DNA of 24,000 nt from Paenibacillus sp. (GTDB lineage: Bacteria; Bacillota; Bacilli; Paenibacillales; Paenibacillaceae), in the NCBI RefSeq assembly GCF_031254035.1, contig NZ_JAIRVF010000123.1; one strand, written 5' to 3'. A program made the position numbers and the translations under genes. The number at the start of each line of letters is the position of its first letter. Positions within the stretch are counted from its first letter, which is position 1. The notes below the pieces were generated by a model. It was not told the origin of the DNA. It saw only the letters and a list, made by a program, of their open reading frames with translations, and made no database searches. This document shows positions 14,321 through 21,232 of the stretch, one piece after another.

Positions 14321-16303
14321 TTAAAATGCACGCATCACATGCATCAAATATTCGTTTCGCTGCAGCGGATTATAATCGGTCCGCGGTCTAGTCGGAACAT
14401 CACTATGGACCTGGATGAATCCAGCCGGCTCCGTCATCATAAAACCTTCGCCTTGAGTAAAGGCGTGCAGGCTTCTTTTGAAGCTTTCTGTCATGCTGAC
14501 GGGAATGGTGCCCGAAATATGAGCCATGCCGTGTTCCACATCCGTTTCGCTTATTATCGCCTGGATGGCGGATAATTTGAAAACCGCTTTGCTCATTGCC
14601 TCTTTAGGTACCGTCAGTACATAGCTGTAAATCGGTTCATACACTTCCGTACCCGCCTGCACCAGCGCTTCCATGAACACAAGCGGAACAAGCTTCCGAA
14701 AATCGCCTGCGGTTGTCACTGGGCTCGCATATCCGGTGTGGGTCAATGTGACAATGATATCGGTGACTTCCCATCCAAACAAACCTTGCAAAAGCGTTAA
14801 GTGGACCGTTTCTTCAATCGCTTTATGAAAAGCCAAAGGTAGTGAACCCAGCTCGACTTCGAGCCGGTATGTGATTCCGCTTCCTGGCCCGCCGGGTTCG
14901 ATTCGAAAACCTACGGTCGCATAAAATGGATTATCGCCCTCCATGATGACTTCCAGCGCCTGCCCTACTCCCGCCGGTTTCTCCACGCAGACGGTTCGGG
15001 TCTCTGCAAACCGGACAGCCACGGAATAGGTTTCTTTCAAAGCAGATTCAATCACTTCTTTTTGCACTTCGCCGAAAATGCGGATATACAGATCCTGATG
15101 GATTTCATTTTTAACCACCTGAATTAGAGGATCTTCCTCCGACATACTAACAAGAGCCTGGTACAGGTGATGGGTTTGGCTTGGGTCCGCTGCTTCGATT
15201 TTCGTCTCCATCCGGGGCACAGCGAAGCTGAACCGCTTGATCTGATTAGATGATTCGCCGACGATATCCCCGATCCGAACATCTTCCAGCCCCCATACTT
15301 TAGCCAAATCACCGGCACCAATCTTGGCAGCGGGAACGGATTTTCCGTTCATCAAAGCATGGAGCTTTTTGATTTTGCAATCATAGATTTCGTATTCACC
15401 CTGCTTGTTGTTCCGCCCGACCTTCACTTGCTCTCGCAAGGAGAGACTGCCTGAAAACAGCCTGATATAAGCTATTTTTTCCCCGCTTGCTTCTCTTTCG
15501 AGTTTAAACACAATCCCCGACAAAAACGTTTCATCCGGCTGAGTTTCATTCACCGGAAACCATCGGGTTATGCCTGCAAGCAAGTCCGCAACACCTACCC
15601 CGGTCACGGCCGATCCAAAATATACCGGATGCGCATTCACTTGCCGCACCTGATCCCTAAATGCTGCTTCGACCCGTTCTCCCGGCAGCATCTCGCCATG
15701 GATATAAGACTCGAGCAACGACTCGTCATAGGATGACAAAAGTTCGATGCATTGCTCCAAAAACGCGGAGTCCGTGTCCCAATCGAAACGTTTAAGAGAA
15801 ACAGACGCTTCTTTCAGGCCCGCATTGGTGATTTTACATAAAGAAACCACGGACGGTGCAAGCTTAGCGCGGATTTGTTCGACCGACTGCTCACTCCGAG
15901 CGCCAAGCCGATCTATTTTGTTCACGAATAAAATTGTGGGAATCCCCATTTTCCGCAGAACGGAAAACAGTATTTTCGTCTGCGCCTGCACGCCTTCCAC
16001 CGCCGAAATGACCAAAATAACGCCATCCAATACGCTAAGGGAGCGCTCCACTTCAGCGATAAAATCAGCATGGCCCGGTGTGTCGATCAAATTCACCTTG
16101 TAATCGCCCAGATTAAAAGAAACCACGGACGCCTTGATCGTGATCCCTCTTTTCCGTTCCAGATCCATGGCATCCATCTGCGTGTTCCCTTGATCCACTC
16201 TTCCGAGCTCGTCAATCACATTCGTATCGAATAAAATGCGTTCAGCCAAACTTGTCTTTCCGGCGTCTACATGCGCCAAGATCCCTATATTTATAATTTT
16301 CAT
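14321..16303 (-). CDS. Tet(M)/Tet(O)/TetB(P)-family ribosomal protection protein (EF-G-like GTPase)
   Basis: 660 aa. The N-terminus MKIINIGILAHVDAGKTSLAERILF is nearly identical in pattern to Tet(M) and lacks the N-terminal extension of EF-G. It has G motifs AHVDAGKT, DTPGH and NKID, and is collinear in many blocks: SLSVLDGVILVISAVEGVQAQT, KMGIPTILFVNKID, AYIRLFSG, GLFGWEVTD. Confidence 0.85.
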   Translation of the reverse strand: MKIINIGILAHVDAGKTSLAERILFDTNVIDELGRVDQGNTQMDAMDLERKRGITIKASVVSFNLGDYKVNLIDTPGHADFIAEVERSLSVLDGVILVISAVEGVQAQTKILFSVLRKMGIPTILFVNKIDRLGARSEQSVEQIRAKLAPSVVSLCKITNAGLKEASVSLKRFDWDTDSAFLEQCIELLSSYDESLLESYIHGEMLPGERVEAAFRDQVRQVNAHPVYFGSAVTGVGVADLLAGITRWFPVNETQPDETFLSGIVFKLEREASGEKIAYIRLFSGSLSLREQVKVGRNNKQGEYEIYDCKIKKLHALMNGKSVPAAKIGAGDLAKVWGLEDVRIGDIVGESSNQIKRFSFAVPRMETKIEAADPSQTHHLYQALVSMSEEDPLIQVVKNEIHQDLYIRIFGEVQKEVIESALKETYSVAVRFAETRTVCVEKPAGVGQALEVIMEGDNPFYATVGFRIEPGGPGSGITYRLEVELGSLPLAFHKAIEETVHLTLLQGLFGWEVTDIIVTLTHTGYASPVTTAGDFRKLVPLVFMEALVQAGTEVYEPIYSYVLTVPKEAMSKAVFKLSAIQAIISETDVEHGMAHISGTIPVSMTESFKRSLHAFTQGEGFMMTEPAGFIQVHSDVPTRPRTDYNPLQRNEYLMHVMRAF

Positions 16304-16367
16304 GGATTATAATCCTCATCTCTCTATTCATATCTTTCTCCTTTCGAATGTTGTTAAATTGCCGCAT
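16242..16367 (-). CDS. Candidate leader/upstream ORF overlapping the start of the ribosomal-protection gene (speculative)
   Basis: GGAG 8 nt before ATG 16367 gives MRQFNNIRKEKDMNREMRIIIHENYKYRDLGACRRRKDKFG-stop (41 aa). An internal ATG at 16331 has an even stronger SD (AAAGGAG, 6 nt). The ORF covers the main gene's weaker SD and ATG (16303) in another frame. Confidence 0.3.
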   Translation of the reverse strand: MRQFNNIRKEKDMNREMRIIIHENYKYRDLGACRRRKDKFG

Positions 16368-16398
16368 GCCAATCACTCCAATCTAATGTATTACCCCC

Positions 16399-16427
16399 AG
16401 TATATGGGGATTGATGTTTTGTTTCAA
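16399..16427 (-). promoter_or_regulatory. Sigma-A-type promoter of the ribosomal-protection gene
   Basis: The minus strand reads TTGAAA (16427-16422), 17-nt spacer, TATACT (16404-16399). This is about 95 nt upstream of the ATG. Confidence 0.55.
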
Positions 16428-16465
16428 CAAATAGCGCTATAAGCTCGGACAAGGACTGCTTATAG

Positions 16466-16516
16466 CACAAAAAAACCTTCAATTCCATCTCAAAGATGGT
16501 TTTGAAGGTTTTATAT
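16466..16516 (-). terminator. Strong (bidirectional-looking) terminator after the DJ-1/PfpI gene
   Basis: AAAACCTTCAA (16472-16482) pairs with TTGAAGGTTTT (16502-16512), with an inner CCATCT-caa-AGATGG. It is flanked by an A-run (+ side) and a T-run, so a U-tract follows on either strand. Confidence 0.85.
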
Positions 16517-16535
16517 GATTGAAGGTATTAACTGT

Positions 16536-17150
16536 TCACTTTCCGGTATAATCCAAGTCAATGTCGTATTCCATCATCCGTGCCGTTTCCTTCGCTACCT
16601 CTTTACCGAGCAGGCGGACGACCATATGAAAAGCCATGTGGATACCTGCCGAAATTCCCGCTGATGACACAATCCGGTCTTCATCGACGAATTTAACGCC
16701 TTCCTCGACCTTAACCGCAGGGTATGTATCCCGCATCCTCTCGATACTGGCCCAATGGGTCGTCGCGTGTTTACCATCAAGTAGTCCTGCTTCCGCCAGC
16801 AAGAACGCTCCGGTACAAACCGATGTCATCCACTGTACCTCATGGAAACGATTGCCGATCCAGTCGATAACCGTTTTATTTTTCACTAGACTCCTTGTGC
16901 CCATGCCGCCCGGAATAACCAGCAAATCAAAAGCAGGTGCTGACTCGAAGTTATAATCCGGCATCACTTTCAAACCGTTGCAGGCTGTAACCATTCGGCC
17001 ATCCCCTGAAATGGTGGTTACTTCAAATGGACTGTATGTTTCCCCTTGTTCCTGCTTCGCAGTTGTCACTGCAAATACTTCAAACGGGCCGGCAAAATCG
17101 AGCACCTCTACATCGTCAAATAGTAGGATACCCACTTTCCATTTGTTCAT
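16536..17150 (-). CDS. DJ-1/PfpI-family protein (type-1 glutamine-amidotransferase-like fold)
   Basis: 204 aa from MNKWKVGILLFDD (AGGAGGAG 7 nt upstream). It has the nucleophile elbow SVCTGAFLLAEAGLL, followed by H in ATTHW. Confidence 0.85.
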   Translation of the reverse strand: MNKWKVGILLFDDVEVLDFAGPFEVFAVTTAKQEQGETYSPFEVTTISGDGRMVTACNGLKVMPDYNFESAPAFDLLVIPGGMGTRSLVKNKTVIDWIGNRFHEVQWMTSVCTGAFLLAEAGLLDGKHATTHWASIERMRDTYPAVKVEEGVKFVDEDRIVSSAGISAGIHMAFHMVVRLLGKEVAKETARMMEYDIDLDYTGK

Positions 17151-17329
17151 CTTTACTCCTCCTATCCCCATTTCGGGCATTTGGCAATCTCAGAGTACTT
17201 ATTGCAGCACATATCTTGTCTTAATCATAATAACAGAGCAGCAAGGAATTTAAATGACCAAGAAGTGCTACAAAATGACCAAATCATAAAAACGTCATAT
17301 TGATGTGCTTTCGGGAATTAGACATGATA

Positions 17330-17358
17330 TTGACCATTTTACATGATTCTGCCATAAT
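17330..17358 (+). promoter_or_regulatory. Sigma-A-type promoter of the MarR gene
   Basis: TTGACC (17330-17335), 17-nt spacer, CATAAT (17353-17358). Confidence 0.6.
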
Positions 17359-17359
17359 A

Positions 17360-17379
17360 TTAGACAATACCATGTCTAA
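17360..17379 (+). promoter_or_regulatory. Inverted-repeat operator immediately after the -10 box (candidate MarR autoregulatory site)
   Basis: TTAGACA-atacca-TGTCTAA, with perfect 7-bp arms. A third TTAGACA half-site lies at 17318-17324, abutting the -35. Confidence 0.55.
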
Positions 17380-17398
17380 ATACAAAGGAGAACATAAC

Positions 17399-17971
17399 GT
17401 GGATACACTTAGAGAGATGTTTTTAATGCAGCAAACGTACGCCACCCTTTTTTCCTTGACCAACAAACTTCAAATCCACGGCGATCAATACCTTGGGCGC
17501 TTAACCGCAAGGCAGTTTATGGCCATGACGGCCATTGGGCATTTGCCTGAAGATGAAACCACGCTCAACAATATCGCGAGAAAACTGGGTACCAGCAAAC
17601 AAAGCGCAAAACAGCTGATCACCATTATCGAAAAAAAAGGTTATGTCATTACCGTCCCGAGTCCGCAGGATAAACGCGCGGTGAACGTGAAAATCACGGA
17701 TGCCGGAAAAGAAGTTTTGCTGGAGTCTGCCAAGAAAGGTCTGTTCTTTTTAGAAGAGTTGTTCAAACATTTTACGCCTGATGAAATGGAAACCCTGTGG
17801 AGCCTACTAAAGAAACTATATCAATATGATGGCGAAGAGCAGGATGGTTTTGAAGAGGAGAGCAGAGTTGAAATGGGTGAAGGTTACAGTGAAACGCAAA
17901 CGAGAGTACTAAATGAATTTGAAGCCAAAAGACGATCGCGGCAAAAGGAGCGGGCAAACGATGAAAAATAA
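17399..17971 (+). CDS. MarR-family transcriptional regulator with an acidic/basic C-terminal tail
   Basis: A winged-HTH core (LTARQFMAMTAIGHLPEDETTLNNIARKLGTSKQSAKQLITIIEKKGYVITVPSPQDKRAVNVKITDAG). The GTG at 17399 is in frame and 8 nt after AAAGGAG. The upstream ATGs of the track ORF lie inside the promoter and operator and have no SD. Confidence 0.85.
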   Translation: MDTLREMFLMQQTYATLFSLTNKLQIHGDQYLGRLTARQFMAMTAIGHLPEDETTLNNIARKLGTSKQSAKQLITIIEKKGYVITVPSPQDKRAVNVKITDAGKEVLLESAKKGLFFLEELFKHFTPDEMETLWSLLKKLYQYDGEEQDGFEEESRVEMGEGYSETQTRVLNEFEAKRRSRQKERANDEK

Positions 17972-18935
17972 ACCCTGGAAACCAATTTGGATCGAAGAAT
18001 ATATCCCTATCGGCGGCATCGAGCAATATCTGTTTCATTCGGGCACAAACTTAGACAATCCGGTCTTGCTGTATTTGCATGGCGGTCCTGGCAGCGTCGA
18101 ATGTTTATTTGCGCATCTTTTTCAGGATGAAATAGAGAAAATATTTACCATCGTGCATTGGGATCAGCGCGGCGCCGGAAAAACACTGATGAGAAATAAA
18201 GACAAATATCCGACCATTGATTTGATGCTGCAGGATTTATTTGAGGTGATCCAGTATTTGAAGCAAAAATACAATAAACAAAAAATCGTTTTGCTGGGTC
18301 GTTCCTGGGGAAGCGTGCTGGGGATGACATTCATCAAACGATACCCGGATGAGGTTGAATATTTTATCGGTGTGGCGCAGGTCATATCCTTGCTTGAAAA
18401 TGAGCGCGTTGGTTACAACAAACTGAAAGAACGCATTTTTCAGGCCGGCGACCAGAAATCATTGGATAAACTCGAGGCGATCGGCGAGTACCCAGGAGAA
18501 AAATTAATCATCGACAATCATTTTTTGAAAAAAAACAGCAAAATCCGCAAACTCCAAGGCAAATATAACCTGGCTGGCAAAATAGATCTGCCGATCATGT
18601 TTAAGGTGACCAAAAGCCCTATTTTTAAATGGTCTGACATGACGGCTCTTTGGAAGGGACTGAAAGCCAATCGCCACGTGCTGGAAACTTTTTTGGCTGA
18701 CTTCGATTTGTTTGCGGAACCGGCAGATTATCAAGTACCCGTTTACTTTGTTTTAGGGGATCAAGACTGGCAAGCACCGTATGTAATCGCTGAGGACTTT
18801 TTCGCCAAAATCCAGGCTCCGCGCAAACAATTGTTTTTGCTGCCAGGAGCCGGACATCGCATCATGCTTGACCAAACGGAGTTGTTTACAGATGCGTTAA
18901 CGACAATTCGGAACAGGGAAGAAAATATGGGGTAG
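17961..18935 (+). CDS. Alpha/beta hydrolase (proline-iminopeptidase/S33-like)
   Basis: 324 aa from MKNKPWKPIW (AAGGAG upstream). It has the oxyanion motif LYLHGGPGS and the nucleophile elbow GRSWGS, plus late D and H candidates (GDQDW, GAGHRIM). The start overlaps the MarR stop by 11 nt. Confidence 0.85.
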   Translation: MKNKPWKPIWIEEYIPIGGIEQYLFHSGTNLDNPVLLYLHGGPGSVECLFAHLFQDEIEKIFTIVHWDQRGAGKTLMRNKDKYPTIDLMLQDLFEVIQYLKQKYNKQKIVLLGRSWGSVLGMTFIKRYPDEVEYFIGVAQVISLLENERVGYNKLKERIFQAGDQKSLDKLEAIGEYPGEKLIIDNHFLKKNSKIRKLQGKYNLAGKIDLPIMFKVTKSPIFKWSDMTALWKGLKANRHVLETFLADFDLFAEPADYQVPVYFVLGDQDWQAPYVIAEDFFAKIQAPRKQLFLLPGAGHRIMLDQTELFTDALTTIRNREENMG

Positions 18936-18940
18936 AAATT

Positions 18941-19525
18941 CTAACCGCAAAATTCGCGAATGATTTCTGCCTTCATTTCTTCAATCGGAAATTGTTGCGG
19001 ATAGGTTGAAATCATGAGCATGATCCCCTGCAGCACGGATGAAAAGTATACTGACCGCTTTCTCGGCTCCTTGACTCCGAGTTTTTCGAACATCTCGCAT
19101 TGCAAATTAAACTGTCTCGCGCTTTCTTCAATCAGGAGCTTACTGTATTTCGCAAGGACTTCGTCCGATTCAGGCTGGGTCTGCAAATGAAGATAAAATC
19201 GGAAAACTTCCGGTTTTTGCCCCACGTTGTCAATCGCTCCTGCGACGATATACTTGAGCTGCTCGTCAGGTTTCACAATAGCGGATGCAGCATCCATCAC
19301 AAAAATCAATTCATCGATCCTGGTCTGAACCATTGTCGCGAGGAGTTCCTCTTTCCCTTTAAAGTAATTGTAAAGCAACCCTTTGGAGATGTTCGCATGT
19401 TTAGCAACGTCGTCAATCGATGTCGCATGATATCCCTTTTGCATGAACAGCTCCATAGCTGCATTCCTAATTTTATCTATGGCAATCTGCCGTATGCGTT
19501 CATTTTCCGCTTGCGTTCGCGGCAT
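18941..19525 (-). CDS. TetR/AcrR-family transcriptional regulator
   Basis: 194 aa from MPRTQAENERIRQ (GGAGGA 9 nt upstream, inside the last codons of the upstream hydrolase gene). The TetR HTH is FMQKGYHATSIDDVAKHANISKGLLYNYFKGKEELL. Confidence 0.9.
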   Translation of the reverse strand: MPRTQAENERIRQIAIDKIRNAAMELFMQKGYHATSIDDVAKHANISKGLLYNYFKGKEELLATMVQTRIDELIFVMDAASAIVKPDEQLKYIVAGAIDNVGQKPEVFRFYLHLQTQPESDEVLAKYSKLLIEESARQFNLQCEMFEKLGVKEPRKRSVYFSSVLQGIMLMISTYPQQFPIEEMKAEIIREFCG

Positions 19526-19529
19526 GACT

Positions 19530-20279
19530 TCATTCCTCCAAAAAATCGATGATATGACGATACAGCTCATCAGGATGAGTTAACGTAAGCATGTGATCCG
19601 CACCGGTCATTGTGACGTAACGAAGATCGGGGATTTTCCGAAGGCATTCGGCCGTACGCATGTTATCCGGTAATTCTTCCGTACCGAGGATTAACATGGT
19701 TTTCACCGACATGTCTTCCAGCCTTTCGATCGCAGGAGGATTGGGCCAGACTGATTCGAAAGTCGCCCATTCCTTCGTCTTTTTTAAATGATGCCGAAAC
19801 ATTTGAAGCATGAGTTCCCAATGCGGACTGGACTTTACAATGCGGTATGATGGAACGTCAAAGGAAAGCTCAATGACCTTTTCGATATCAGGAAAAGCAG
19901 CATTGATCTTCTGCATCCATTCTTCAAACTCATGGGATAGGGCGAAACCTGATAAAGACGGACCAATAAGTACGAGTTCCGACACCCTTTCCGGGTGTTC
20001 CAATGCGAAGTCGGTTGCAATTCTGCCGCCCATGGAATGTCCTACGAGATTAGCCTTTTCGATTTCCAAATGATCCAGCAGAGCAAGCACGTCGGCAACA
20101 TAGTTAGCCGGTTCAGCAGGCGAAGGCGATTTCCCGGCGCCACGTCCGTCAAAGGCAACTACTTTATAATGTTGTGCTAACAGTGGAGCGAGAAAAGTCC
20201 AGTCCCGTAAATCCGCACCGCCGCTATGAAGAAGAACGATAGGTTTTCCATTTCCTTGAACCTCGTAATACAAGTCCAT
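19530..20279 (-). CDS. Alpha/beta hydrolase
   Basis: 249 aa from MDLYYEVQGNGKPIVLLHSGGAD (GGGAGGA 6 nt upstream). It has the nucleophile elbow GHSMGG and a C-terminal GADHML histidine. Confidence 0.88.
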   Translation of the reverse strand: MDLYYEVQGNGKPIVLLHSGGADLRDWTFLAPLLAQHYKVVAFDGRGAGKSPSPAEPANYVADVLALLDHLEIEKANLVGHSMGGRIATDFALEHPERVSELVLIGPSLSGFALSHEFEEWMQKINAAFPDIEKVIELSFDVPSYRIVKSSPHWELMLQMFRHHLKKTKEWATFESVWPNPPAIERLEDMSVKTMLILGTEELPDNMRTAECLRKIPDLRYVTMTGADHMLTLTHPDELYRHIIDFLEE

Positions 20280-20315
20280 TTGGATTCCTCCCAGCAATGA
20301 ATGGTTTATAATTCC

Positions 20316-20344
20316 ATTTTATTAATGAATGAACGTTTGGTCAA
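20316..20344 (-). promoter_or_regulatory. Sigma-A-type promoter of the hydrolase-TetR operon
   Basis: The minus strand reads TTGACC (20344-20339), 17-nt spacer, TAAAAT (20321-20316). AATGAATG direct repeats at about 20296-20303 and 20323-20330 flank it. Confidence 0.6.
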
Positions 20345-20349
20345 TATAA

Positions 20350-20392
20350 AATCAAAAAATAGTTCCTGCATTCCACTGCAGAAGCTATTTTT
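20350..20392 (-). terminator. Rho-independent terminator after the isochorismatase-family gene
   Basis: AAATAGTTCCTGCA (20357-20370) pairs with TGCAGAAGCTATTT (20377-20390), with 2 mismatches. On the minus strand it is followed by TTTTGATTTT. Confidence 0.7.
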
Positions 20393-20422
20393 AAAGAGGG
20401 AAATATGTTTTCGGCTGATCCC

Positions 20423-21010
20423 TTATTTCAATACCTCACACACTTCCTCGCTGGTCCGGATTTTACCGATCTTCGGAAAAATATATTTGCATACATAATC
20501 ATGCTCTTCCTTCGTTGAAGCCGTCATCGCATCTTCCACAAAAACCTGATGGTATCCATGCTGATAAGCTTCCCTTGCCGTCGTATCCACACCAATAGAC
20601 GTCGAAATGCCACATAACACAATCGTGTCAATGCCGCGGCGGCGCAGCTGCAGGTCCAGGTCCGTACCGAAAAATGCTCCCCATTGCCGTTTCGTAACGA
20701 TATGCGCTTGCTGCGTATCGGCGAGTTCAGGCACAATAAGGTCCCAACTTTCCGGGAATTGTGGCTGACTCATCTTTATATCTGTTTCCGGTTTTAACAT
20801 ATCTTTTCCATCAACGGTTGAAACTCTCACGAAAACAACAAACGCGCCCTTTTCCGTAAAAGTGTCTACCAATTTGCTTGTGCTGCGCACAACTTCTTCT
20901 CCCGTATATGGTGCCCGCTGCCCGTGTACAATCCCATTTTGCAGGTCAATCACTACCAGCGCTGTTTTTTCCGCTTTTATTTCCATTCCTTTTGTCAAAT
21001 TAGATTCCAT
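20423..21010 (-). CDS. Isochorismatase-family cysteine hydrolase
   Basis: 195 aa from MESNLTKG (GGAGG 7 nt upstream). It has the family pattern [11 protein letters not shown], the K in VFVRV, and the catalytic-Cys context [21 protein letters not shown]. Confidence 0.88.
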   Translation of the reverse strand: MESNLTKGMEIKAEKTALVVIDLQNGIVHGQRAPYTGEEVVRSTSKLVDTFTEKGAFVVFVRVSTVDGKDMLKPETDIKMSQPQFPESWDLIVPELADTQQAHIVTKRQWGAFFGTDLDLQLRRRGIDTIVLCGISTSIGVDTTAREAYQHGYHQVFVEDAMTASTKEEHDYVCKYIFPKIGKIRTSEEVCEVLK

Positions 21011-21232
21011 CCTCTTCCCTCCCATTCATTGGTTTATTTTTCGCTGAGCGCCATTTATTTGTTGTCCAATTTTTTATACACCGAGAAATAAACCCATACC
21101 GCGTTTGCGAGCAGCAAAGTGCCTGTAATGAAAAACACATATTGGATGTCAGTGAGCTTGTTTTTTACGTTAATCGGTCTTACTCCCAGATTTCCCCTTC
21201 AGAGCATTCCCATATTTAGGGCTCCAAGATCC

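Noticed and set aside
18936-18940. A search for a bidirectional terminator between the convergent hydrolase (+) and TetR (-) genes.
   Set aside because: Only 5 bp separate the two stop codons, and no hairpin is present in or around them. It is reported only as part of the hydrolase-cluster finding.
21046-21170. A minus-strand reading ...NKLTDIQYVFFITGTLLLANAVWVYFSVYKKLDNK-stop, which looks like a one-TM mini-protein between GH95 and the isochorismatase gene.
   Set aside because: The frame is closed by TGA shortly upstream, and the only in-frame canonical start codon (ATG/GTG/TTG) is a GTG inside the hydrophobic stretch with no SD. It cannot be supported from sequence alone.
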